Source: an uncultured Thermoprotei archaeon (GTDB taxonomy: Archaea > Thermoproteota > Thermoprotei > Thermofilales > B15-G2). Taken from it: a stretch of 64,000 bases of DNA. Location: NCBI GenBank assembly GCA_965367815.1, contig CBDUKN010000001.1:32001-96000 (forward strand), written 5' to 3'. The position numbers and the translations under genes are program-made. This document shows positions 55,747 to 64,000 of this stretch, one piece after another. Under the pieces are notes generated by a model that worked only from the letters and a program-made list of their open reading frames with translations, was not told the DNA's origin and ran no database searches. The number at the start of each line of letters is the position of its first letter. Positions within the stretch are counted from its first letter, which is position 1.

Positions 55747-58248
55747 CTATAGTTTGACTGTAAACACTTTTTCAGGAGCATTGAGAGATCCGTATTTCAG
55801 TTCAACTGCATCGATATACTTGCTTCTAATGGTTATTTTTAGAGGCCTAGGCTCTCCGGGAACTATATTGAAGTAGTTATCGCTGTAAGTAACGTATTTG
55901 GGGTCTACTCCTGTCACTTTAACATAAGTGAAGTAAGAGTACTTGCTAGAAGATAATGTAAGCTTAACTACAGTATTTTCTTCAATTCTCTTAGCTTCCT
56001 CTACTTTAATCTCTATGCTTGTTTCAGGCAGCTTCAGGTCAAAGTGCTTAGCGAAGAACAGTGTATTTTCATGTACTTTCTTTTCATTTACGTAGAGTTT
56101 TCCTATTAGAACTCTATCATCTACTCTGTCTAGCGGAAGATCTTTTAACATGACTTCATGTACTTTCTTCGCGGAGTTCTCTTCAACACTAAAGTCTACT
56201 TCTCTGCTGAAGAGTGTTTTTCCGTTGAAGTCTATTAGTCTTAAAGCTACTTTGCCGCTAATCTTCTTCAGAGCATCGTTAACTACATAGACTTCGACAG
56301 CTTCTTTTTTCTTCTTGAAGACTAATATTATTGGGCTATAGGCTTTCTTAACGTAGAAGTAAGCTGCCTTGGGGTTAAAGAAGTAGTCTACTACTTCCCA
56401 GCAGATATTGGGCCAAGGAGCATTAAAGTTCCAGTACATGCAGCCTCCACACGCGAATTTCCTCGACCGGTAGTGCTCTATAGCTATTTTAAGAGCATAT
56501 GCCTGTACCAGCTGCGAAAGTAGAACATAGTCTCTTAGAGTAAGTGGCTTCCCGAACTCCCGAATATAGTAGGCCATTTTCCATGGAGTGTGGTAATGGT
56601 ATATCCATGTCTCGCTTATAGGCCAGAGATTCTCCTCTTTAATGAACTTCTTCAAAGTATCTATATCGGGAGCAGCCTGGAAGCCGAACTCTGTTATGAA
56701 TCGTCCTTCGTCTTCTAAGTATTTTTCAATAGGCTCGTAGCGGTGCCAAACATACCAGTTGTGCCTATTGCCTTCTTCCATAGAATTAGGGTGCTTTCCT
56801 CCCCAAGGACTGCTTGGCCAGTAAGGCCTGCCGGGATCATATTTCTGAATAACTTCGGGAAGTATTTTGTAGAATATCGGGTGGTCATCGTGCTTTATTC
56901 CCATATTGTACATCATCCAGTCTATCTCATTGTTACCACACCACAGAATTATTGACGGGTGGTTTCTAAGTCTCTTGACAATACTCTCAGTCTCCTTCTT
57001 GACTAGTTCGAGGAACTCTTCGTGAGTAGGGTAATAGGCTGTACTGTAGGGGAAGTCTTGCCAGACCATTATTCCCAGCTCATCGCATAGATCGTAGAAC
57101 ATATCATGTTCAATTAAGCCTCCGCCCCATACTCTAACAGCGTTGTGGTTTGCTTCAGCCATCATCCTTAAAGCGCGCTCATACTTATCGGAGGTTATTC
57201 TGCCTATAAGGAGGTCTAGTGGAATCCAGTTGGCGCCCTTGACGAATACTTTTACTCCATTTATCTTAAAGTAGAAGACTTTACCGTTAGGTGTCTCAGG
57301 TCCCTCAGTTACAAGCTCTATAGTCCTTATACCGAATCGAGTGAAATACTCGTCTACTTTGCTTACACCCAAATAGAGCTCGGCCGTGAGCTCGTAGAGG
57401 TTTTGCTCACCGTAGCCTCTAGGCCACCACAAGTAAGGCTTCTCTACAGAATACTCTTTTTTGATAATGTTAAGTCCTTTCTTCAGCTCTACTTCTAAAG
57501 AATCCTTTAAAAGACTGTCTTTACACGTTGCCTTTAGCACAAGCCTGTACTTATCTTCTTTAAACGCCTCTACTTCAGCTTCAATAAGAATCTTAGCGGA
57601 AGCATTACTGATCTCAAGGGTCCTAACGTAAATACTCCTTATTTTAGCTGAGTTTATGAAAACAAGCTTAACGTCGCGCCAAATACCTACAGTAAGCAGT
57701 CTCGTAGCCCAGTCCCACCCATAAGCATACTGAGCTTTCCTAGCCCAAGCCCTCAGCAAGTTAACAGGAAGTCCGCCCTTATTTCTCTTGCGCGTCCCAA
57801 GAAGCGGTGAACCGAGCTTAACTACAAGAATATTCTTTTCACCAAACCTAATTTTGTCGGTAACATCTACAACAAGCGGTAGAAACATGTCCTCATGTTC
57901 AGCTATCTTTATGCCATTAAGCCATACTGTAGCAAAAGTATCTAGTCCTTCAAATACTAGCTCAACTCTACTAGCCTTTAAGTCTTCTGAAACATAGAAG
58001 ACCTTCTTAAACCACCAGTCAACTTCTTCAACCCACCTACATTTCTCTGCATTTTTCTCGAAAAACGGGTCTTCAATAAGTCCTTTCTCTAAAAGATAGG
58101 TGTGAACATCGCCTGGCACGTTGCACTCAAGCCACGCTGAATCATCATAGTCCTCTTCGTATGGCTTTTTTCTCAGTCGCCAATACTCATCTGGCTCAAA
58201 CCATTTAAACTTCCACTTACCATTTAGTAAAAGCACTTTAGCCATCAG
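55747..58248 (-). CDS. Beta-mannosidase-like glycoside hydrolase, GH2 (start likely ATG 58248)
   Basis: GLDT, RKAQ..YGWDW, KGANWIP, RVWGGG, WCGNNE, TEFG. Confidence 0.9.
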   Translation of the reverse strand: MMAKVLLLNGKWKFKWFEPDEYWRLRKKPYEEDYDDSAWLECNVPGDVHTYLLEKGLIEDPFFEKNAEKCRWVEEVDWWFKKVFYVSEDLKASRVELVFEGLDTFATVWLNGIKIAEHEDMFLPLVVDVTDKIRFGEKNILVVKLGSPLLGTRKRNKGGLPVNLLRAWARKAQYAYGWDWATRLLTVGIWRDVKLVFINSAKIRSIYVRTLEISNASAKILIEAEVEAFKEDKYRLVLKATCKDSLLKDSLEVELKKGLNIIKKEYSVEKPYLWWPRGYGEQNLYELTAELYLGVSKVDEYFTRFGIRTIELVTEGPETPNGKVFYFKINGVKVFVKGANWIPLDLLIGRITSDKYERALRMMAEANHNAVRVWGGGLIEHDMFYDLCDELGIMVWQDFPYSTAYYPTHEEFLELVKKETESIVKRLRNHPSIILWCGNNEIDWMMYNMGIKHDDHPIFYKILPEVIQKYDPGRPYWPSSPWGGKHPNSMEEGNRHNWYVWHRYEPIEKYLEDEGRFITEFGFQAAPDIDTLKKFIKEENLWPISETWIYHYHTPWKMAYYIREFGKPLTLRDYVLLSQLVQAYALKIAIEHYRSRKFACGGCMYWNFNAPWPNICWEVVDYFFNPKAAYFYVKKAYSPIILVFKKKKEAVEVYVVNDALKKISGKVALRLIDFNGKTLFSREVDFSVEENSAKKVHEVMLKDLPLDRVDDRVLIGKLYVNEKKVHENTLFFAKHFDLKLPETSIEIKVEEAKRIEENTVVKLTLSSSKYSYFTYVKVTGVDPKYVTYSDNYFNIVPGEPRPLKITIRSKYIDAVELKYGSLNAPEKVFTVKL

Positions 58249-58318
58249 TAAAATATAATCAACGCCTGATTTAAACATTAAAAGTAAAGCAAAAATATTA
58301 CCCAGTAAATATCTACGT

Positions 58319-58374
58319 GTGATGAATCAGCGGCCTCTGCCGCTCTCCACGTGAGGAAAGGGGGTTTCAGCTGA
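58319..58374 (+). ncRNA. C/D box guide sRNA with atypical D' half
   Basis: GUGAUGA (C) ... GUGAGGA (C') AAGGGGGUUUCAG CUGA (D) CUUUU; AAAAATATTA upstream. Confidence 0.7.
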
Positions 58375-58813
58375 CTTTTCTTCTAATGCATATTTCTTTG
58401 ATAACTACTAGTAGAGGCACTAATACTAGCTCTATCTCTTTACCTAAATCAGTCAAACTATAGTATGCTCTAATGGGCCTTGAAGTCAAGTCAATTTCCT
58501 TAAATACAATGCCGTACTTCTCAAGGAACTTCAGCTTATCGGAGAGAACTTGAGAGCTCACTCCGAAAGCCATCTTCAACTCATTAGAACACATTCTACC
58601 TCTTAAGTAGAGAGCATATACTATTCCAGGAGTCCATCTTAAAAGCACTGGCCTCAAAAAGGGGCTCTATTTTTGCTATTTCTTCCTAATACTATCTGTA
58701 CTTGCTCTGCTACATATTTTTCTCAAGAATTCTTCTATTTTAGCTAAAAATCTGTGAATATTTTCATGAAGGTTTTCGCTAGAATACTCAGTTTCTTCAC
58801 ACATACCTTTCAT
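58367..58813 (-). pseudogene. HxlR-family winged-helix regulator with disrupted N-terminus
   Basis: RW...I.YAL, NEL, LSDKLK.LE..G.V, YSLTD.G; upstream part from ATG 58813 has two TAGs consistent with compensating frameshifts. Confidence 0.65.
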
Positions 58814-58849
58814 TTTATTACTTAGTGCTATAAACTTACCTAGATGTAG

Positions 58850-59190
58850 GCGACGTGGTTTTGTAGGCAGTTATCTTGCCGAACAACTAGTAGAAAAAGA
58901 AGCGGAAATAAGAGTACTGACAAGAATGCCCAGTAATCTCAAGCAAATAGAGCATTTGAGACAGAAAATCGAAGTAATTAAAGGCGATATCACAGTAAAA
59001 AGCGACGTCAGCCGAGCAATAGGGGGAGTAGAAATAGTCTTTCACTTAGCTGCCATATTTAGCCACACCGTATCCAAAACTGTATGGAAAGTAGGTCATC
59101 AAGGTACAGTAAATGTAGCAGAGGAAGCTCTTTTGAGGAATGTAGACTAATACACTTAAGTACAGTCGAAGTTCTCGGGCCAGCAGACGT
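58850..59190 (+). pseudogene. NAD-dependent epimerase/dehydratase fragment
   Basis: GFVGSYL, GDIT, VFHLAA, GT.NV.E then stop; bounds approximate. Confidence 0.7.
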
Positions 59191-59217
59191 AGCGGAGCAA
59201 CTAAAACCTAAAGTTTG

Positions 59218-60495
59218 CTAAACTACTACTGCCTTAAGGCGTATTGGCGGTGCTATTTCTGCTATAGGGAATCCTTTTTCACTAGATATTCTCATCGACA
59301 GCGAACGCCCTACATCAATTTGCTCTCTTAGCAGTGTTCTTGGCGAAAGCCGTACTTCTGTAGCATTTACAGCATACTTTATTTCTCCCTTCTCAATGTA
59401 GTAAAATGCTTCAGGAACTACTGTAACTATATTATCTTTTAGTTCTGCTTTAACTAGCCCCTCTATGTAGAATCCTTCTCTTGTTTCCTCAATTAACTCT
59501 GATGTCTTCCAGTCTCTAGGCTTCACTACGAGGTTGCTTTGCATTGCTTTAGGCTGTATAAAGAGTCCTCTAGCACTTGCATTAGGAGGAGCTTTCATGA
59601 TATATGCGGTCCAACGTGTATGCAGAAGCGAGACTATTGTACCATTTTCCACTAATGTTTTTCTACTAGCGTAGACTCCTTCGTCGTCGAAAAAGTAGCT
59701 CGCGTAGCCTTCAGGTACAAGAGGGTCGTCTACTACAGTTATATTGGATTTAAACAGTTTTGCTCCAGGTCTTATTCCGAGATTTCTCTCTACAACTACG
59801 TCTGCTTCAAGAAGATGCCCTACTACTTCGTGGAATAGTGCTCCCGAGCACTCTGAGCTAAAGACTACTGTGTACTTTAAGCCTCTCCTAAAAATGTCTA
59901 AAGGCCTTGCTTTTAACATAGCCAGCAGTCTTGAAGAAATTTTCTTTGCGATTAGAGAAGGATCTGGCAAGTACTTCAAGTTACCGGTAAACCCTACTAT
60001 AGTGCTTGCTGTCTTACTTGAGTAAGTAGCAGAAGCAATAAGCTCTACTATGGTTTTCTCTTCAGAAGCATTTGCGCCGTCGCTTGTAATAATATTTCTT
60101 TCGGTAGTGTAAGCTGTTAAAATTACTTCTGGAATTACTTCAAGAGGATGAAGGAAGTCTCTAATATTGTCTGAAAGTGAAACAACGTAGTCTACTGCTT
60201 CCTCTGCATCAATTTCATATGAGGCTTTATAGGAGCCTTTAGCTAATTTCGCTTCAGCAAGTCCCTCAATTTTCTTAGTAGTTCTTCTGCTCATTGACAC
60301 CGCTTTCAAAGCTTTCTCCTTGAGTGTCTTAAAGTCTTCTTTATTGCTCGACGCAATGCCGTAGACTCCGTCTTTAAGTATCCTTACACCCTTGACTCTA
60401 GACTTATTCTCGTTTATTTCAAGTGAACGCCCGCGGAAAGCTATCTCGAGAATAGAAGATTTGAGAGAAATGTAAGTGGTCTGTTCGACTACCAT
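59218..60495 (-). CDS. tldD: TldD/PmbA family metalloprotease (start likely ATG 60495)
   Basis: FHEVVGH.LEAD, DDP, DDEG, LVENG. Confidence 0.85.
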   Translation of the reverse strand: MVVEQTTYISLKSSILEIAFRGRSLEINENKSRVKGVRILKDGVYGIASSNKEDFKTLKEKALKAVSMSRRTTKKIEGLAEAKLAKGSYKASYEIDAEEAVDYVVSLSDNIRDFLHPLEVIPEVILTAYTTERNIITSDGANASEEKTIVELIASATYSSKTASTIVGFTGNLKYLPDPSLIAKKISSRLLAMLKARPLDIFRRGLKYTVVFSSECSGALFHEVVGHLLEADVVVERNLGIRPGAKLFKSNITVVDDPLVPEGYASYFFDDEGVYASRKTLVENGTIVSLLHTRWTAYIMKAPPNASARGLFIQPKAMQSNLVVKPRDWKTSELIEETREGFYIEGLVKAELKDNIVTVVPEAFYYIEKGEIKYAVNATEVRLSPRTLLREQIDVGRSLSMRISSEKGFPIAEIAPPIRLKAVVV

Positions 60496-60536
60496 TTCAA
60501 GTAAGTAGATATAGCGGAACGACATATAAAGTTACA

Positions 60537-60586
60537 GTGATGACCGGGTAAGGTTTCGGAGCAGTGACGAACGGGCTATAGTCTGA
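60537..60586 (+). ncRNA. C/D box guide sRNA
   Basis: GUGAUGA (C) CCGGGUAAGGUUU CGGA (D') GCA GUGACGA (C') ACGGGCUAUAGU CUGA (D). Confidence 0.85.
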
Positions 60587-60588
60587 TT

Positions 60589-62436
60589 TCAATTTACTGG
60601 AGAATATTTATCGAGAACTTCAGTTAATTCAGGATATTTGACTACTTTTACTCCGTTAGTGAAGTAGTCTGGTAGAAGGTTCAAGTATCTCAAGTAGCGT
60701 TCGTCTCCAGCTATTAGGACTGCTCGGTCTTCACGCGATCTCAGTGCTCTGCCTAGAGCCTGTGAAGCTCTGCGCAGGGCTGGGATTATGTAGGCGTAGT
60801 ACCTGCCTTTGCCTTCCCCGTAGACTTGTGTATAATACTCTATGTATTTCTTTGTTCTAGCGGTCACTCTATCAAAGGGTATTCCGACGAGGAATACTGC
60901 CTCTAGTTCTCGTCCGGGGAAGTCTGCTCCTTCCGCGAACCTGCCTGAGGCAGGGCCTATTAGTACACCGTATTCTCCGCTAGAGGGTAGTTCCTTGAAC
61001 TTGGTGAGTATTTTTCTTGCCTCATCGCCTTTCATGTCTTTTCGCTCAACGAAGACTTTCGCTCCAAGAGTCTTCAGTTCTTCGATTAAGCCATGTTTAA
61101 TCAGTTCTCTTTGAATTCTATAGCTGGCTGTAAAAACAGCTGTATTTACTTTCAGCTTGTCTACAAGCACCTTAACTAAGTTAATGTACCTTAAGCACAT
61201 TTCTTCAGGTAGCTCTTCTCCTCTAGTAGTCACTCCCTTCAAGATAATAGGCAGGACTCTGCGAGGATCGTAGTCTGACGCTATTATTTTGCCCGAGTAT
61301 TTTTCTAAGCCTACTGTTTCGGCGAAAGCATCTATCGGCGCCAGCGTACCTGACATGAGCACTACTCTAGCAAACTGTCTCCACACGCTACCCAGTATTT
61401 CCCTCGATCTCATGTCCCATAGCTCTAATATGATATTGTCTCTATCTCTTGTAGCAATGTACGCGAAGCCTTCTATACCAATTGTCTCGAAAACACTTAG
61501 CCAGAAGTTGGCTAAATGATAGAGTGAGGAATGGGGCCTTTTCTTCATTTTTATTTGCTGTTCTCTTATCTTTTGACCATAAGTTCTCATTTTCTTTAAA
61601 AGAGGCTCTGTTAAAATGTCTTTGAAGTCGCTTGGATCAAATAGCATGTCTTCTTCGTCTTTAAGTAACTTTTTGTACCCAGATACCTTAGTATGCAGCT
61701 TTTTCAGTACTTTGACTATATTAGCTAATCCTCTTTCCTGAGCTTCTCTCGCAGCGTTAACTATAGTGTTGAGTGTTATTTTGTCTGAATAGAGGTTTAA
61801 GTGCTGTAAATTATGGGCTTCGTCTACAACTAGTATCGTATCGCTGAAGGGGACTATGCGTTTAATGCTCCAGCTTATACTCTCCATGAAAATATAGTTG
61901 TAGCTCAGCGACACTACGTCTGCCTCCTCTAAGAGAACATACTGGGCGAAGTAGGGGCACACTCCCAGACGAGAACACTTCTCTAAGACCTCGGTATACA
62001 TCATTGGGTCATTAAATATATCTAGTATAGTGTCTTCTCTTCTAATCAAAGTCAAGTAGTACTTGCATGTTTTCCTGTAGGTTCTGCAGAGAACACTTGC
62101 ATCTTCATGGCTTATAGGCCCGCTGAGCATTTCTCTAGCCAGTAAACACATGTCTCTTTTTCCTCTAAATGAGAGCCCCTTTACGTCAAGGCCATATTTC
62201 TCGACAATTACTTTAAGTTCTTCTATGGGTCTATCTGTCTCGTTTCCTGTTCTAACAGCCCAGAGAACTCTATAGCCTCCTAGTATATACGGCATTAGAG
62301 CTGTTAACACAACAACTGTTTTACCGAAGCCTGTTGGCGCCTGCAGGAGAGCAGCTCTTCTAGCTCTGATTTGTCTTCTAATAAACTCGATTGCTTCTTC
62401 TTGTCCTCTGCGAGGAGTGTAAGGAAAGTATTTAAC
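60589..62436 (-). CDS. xpd: XPD/Rad3-family Fe-S DNA helicase (N-terminus extended beyond ORF track)
   Basis: Q motif FPY.PR.GQ, APTGFGKT, four Fe-S cysteines, DEAHN, SGT, EGADF, QALGR.LR. Confidence 0.9.
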   Translation of the reverse strand, partial: VKYFPYTPRRGQEEAIEFIRRQIRARRAALLQAPTGFGKTVVVLTALMPYILGGYRVLWAVRTGNETDRPIEELKVIVEKYGLDVKGLSFRGKRDMCLLAREMLSGPISHEDASVLCRTYRKTCKYYLTLIRREDTILDIFNDPMMYTEVLEKCSRLGVCPYFAQYVLLEEADVVSLSYNYIFMESISWSIKRIVPFSDTILVVDEAHNLQHLNLYSDKITLNTIVNAAREAQERGLANIVKVLKKLHTKVSGYKKLLKDEEDMLFDPSDFKDILTEPLLKKMRTYGQKIREQQIKMKKRPHSSLYHLANFWLSVFETIGIEGFAYIATRDRDNIILELWDMRSREILGSVWRQFARVVLMSGTLAPIDAFAETVGLEKYSGKIIASDYDPRRVLPIILKGVTTRGEELPEEMCLRYINLVKVLVDKLKVNTAVFTASYRIQRELIKHGLIEELKTLGAKVFVERKDMKGDEARKILTKFKELPSSGEYGVLIGPASGRFAEGADFPGRELEAVFLVGIPFDRVTARTKKYIEYYTQVYGEGKGRYYAYIIPALRRASQALGRALRSREDRAVLIAGDERYLRYLNLLPDYFTNGVKVVKYPELTEVLDKYSPVN

Positions 62437-62528
62437 TGCGGGTCACCGGCTAACTTGTTCTCGAGAAGTATTTATCGTTGAGGATTCTCGAGGAAAAGCA
62501 TTTATCGGGAGACTATTAAATGTGAATT

Positions 62529-62795
62529 ATGATAATCGAGTTAACTGGCAGAAGCGGGCTAGCGCCCCAAGATGTGGCACAGATACTAGGCAAGCTAGGC
62601 GAAGTAATCGAAATCGGATATTCTTCATACGCGGTTATCTCGGAAGGAAAAGTAGTTTTGGTAGTTTCTTGCCAGAGAATAGAAGACGGCTTAACAAACA
62701 TTAAGATATACGTAGAGGAGGCAGAAGTGCTCAAGAAGCTGGTCGAAGTATACGAAGAGCTAGAAGCAGAAATAGATGAAGTTACTGTTCATTAA
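62529..62795 (+). CDS. Small hypothetical protein
   Basis: 88-aa ORF divergent from xpd with plausible codon usage and upstream TATA-like sites. Confidence 0.55.
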   Translation: MIIELTGRSGLAPQDVAQILGKLGEVIEIGYSSYAVISEGKVVLVVSCQRIEDGLTNIKIYVEEAEVLKKLVEVYEELEAEIDEVTVH

Positions 62796-63895
62796 ATCAT
62801 TTCTCTTTCTCTAAAGTACTCTATTAGCTCGTCTACTGACTTGAATATTTTTGTAGTGTAGTATTTCAGGAACGGGCTTACGCTGTGTGGGAATATTGCG
62901 TAGACTTCCTTGTTGTGTGTAAATCCGTAGTTTATTTCGCTTAGAACTCCTGCGCTCAAGTATGTTACAGGGTAGTAGACTATGATTATGTCTGACTGGT
63001 TTATCAGCTTGTAGTCTCTCGCTACAACTTGGTCTACTATATCTTCTTTAGCGTCCTCTATTTCTCTTAAAGGTATTTTGAACTCTTTTCCTTCTACTTC
63101 AAAAACTACTTCTTTTTTTCCTTCTCTAGCAGCTGCTTCAGCTGCTCCTATTATATCCATTTCTTCTACACTTATGGGGTCGAAAACAATTATGCCTGAT
63201 TCTCTGAGCTTTTCTTTAACTTCGTTTTTCTCTTTAATAAACTCGTCTCTGCTTTTAACATATGTAATAGGATAGCTTAAGTAAGCTTTAATCGCTGGCT
63301 TTTCTCCACGTTTTTTCTTTTTTTCGACATTATATATAATGTTGTAGAGTACATCGGGGGGTTCTGAGTAGGCAATAATGTAGTGTGGTTTCTGCTGGTA
63401 CTGTGCAAGCATTTCACTTATGAAGACTTCTTCGTCTCTCCAAATTAATATATCTTTAAGAGTAAGTCTGCCTCGCCAGTGAGGATTTGATTCGAGGCGA
63501 GCTTTAATGTAGTGAACGTTGTCTATGATTGTCACGTAGACATCGGGGTTCAGTTGATTTAAATAGTAGAAATTGAATCCTGGAACAAGGTGTTTCTTCC
63601 ACCTGAAGCATGTGTGAGTACTTATTATTAGGTCTTTGTCTTTCTCACTGTAACTCTCGAATTCTTTTTTCTCTTTCAATAGCTCTTCAAAAATAGCTGC
63701 TCTCAAGTAGTTTAATGCAAAGGGGTCGAGGTCTAGTATTTTTCCTTCAGGGATCTCTATACCTAGTTGCCTCGATTTCTCGAACATCATTGAGCCTATG
63801 TCTCTTACTTCAAGCTTGTCTCCCGCTAATTTCTGTACTCTTTTTATGTAATCCAGTCTTCCGCTACCACTTATTGCTGTAACGAATATTATCAA
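62792..63895 (-). CDS. Nucleotide-kinase-like P-loop domain fused to nucleoside 2-deoxyribosyltransferase-like domain
   Basis: ISGSGR P-loop variant, STH, WRDEE; C-terminal YLSYP, VFDP, RD..LI..SD, S.G...E..Y. Confidence 0.7.
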   Translation of the reverse strand: MIIFVTAISGSGRLDYIKRVQKLAGDKLEVRDIGSMMFEKSRQLGIEIPEGKILDLDPFALNYLRAAIFEELLKEKKEFESYSEKDKDLIISTHTCFRWKKHLVPGFNFYYLNQLNPDVYVTIIDNVHYIKARLESNPHWRGRLTLKDILIWRDEEVFISEMLAQYQQKPHYIIAYSEPPDVLYNIIYNVEKKKKRGEKPAIKAYLSYPITYVKSRDEFIKEKNEVKEKLRESGIIVFDPISVEEMDIIGAAEAAAREGKKEVVFEVEGKEFKIPLREIEDAKEDIVDQVVARDYKLINQSDIIIVYYPVTYLSAGVLSEINYGFTHNKEVYAIFPHSVSPFLKYYTTKIFKSVDELIEYFREREMI

Positions 63896-64000
63896 ATTGC
63901 TTCACCTCACTAGCCTATTCTATTTAACTTAATAAGCCTTTTGAAGGAGAGCAGTTTCGGTAATCTCTTGCACAGAGTATTAGTAGCAAGATATTCTGAT

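Noticed and set aside
58660-58690. Two in-frame TAGs in hxlR as evidence of amber recoding
   Set aside because: The shifted frame reads EIAKIEP, so compensating indels explain it; TAG is a normal stop for many genes here
62458-62506. Imperfect direct repeat TTCTCGAG..AAG.ATTTATCG x2
   Set aside because: Best explained as a local duplication of a BRE-TATA element; only two copies

Overview
AT-rich archaeal chromosome segment. The GGTGA/GGTGG Shine-Dalgarno sites, BRE-TATA promoters, leaderless genes and C/D box sRNAs suggest a (hyper)thermophilic Thermoproteota organism; that assignment is inference. Left half is bioenergetic: an Frh-like (group 3a-type) [NiFe] hydrogenase frhAGB converging on an 11-gene complex I-like membrane hydrogenase (nuoABCDHIJKNLM order, with NiFe motifs kept in the D subunit), apgM, and a complete A-type ATP synthase split into three transcription blocks. 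The middle (about 35.5-43.4 kb) is an accessory/decaying island. It holds a C/D sRNA, an unidentified 151-nt 72%-GC rod-like RNA with its own promoter and U-run terminator, a PD-(D/E)XK-like gene, a degraded AAA-ATPase pair, and tandem RelE/MazF/VapC toxin-antitoxin modules. These modules are separated by a repeated ~16-bp motif, and two of the antitoxins share an identical 16-aa N-terminus. Right half: glycosidases, ileS, dppA, acdA, SPFH, tldD, an XPD helicase, a kinase/nucleoside-deoxyribosyltransferase-like fusion and three more C/D sRNAs. atpC and xpd appear to need non-canonical starts (AUA, GUU). No tRNA, rRNA, CRISPR array, transposase or integrase was seen. All calls are by eye; no searches were run.
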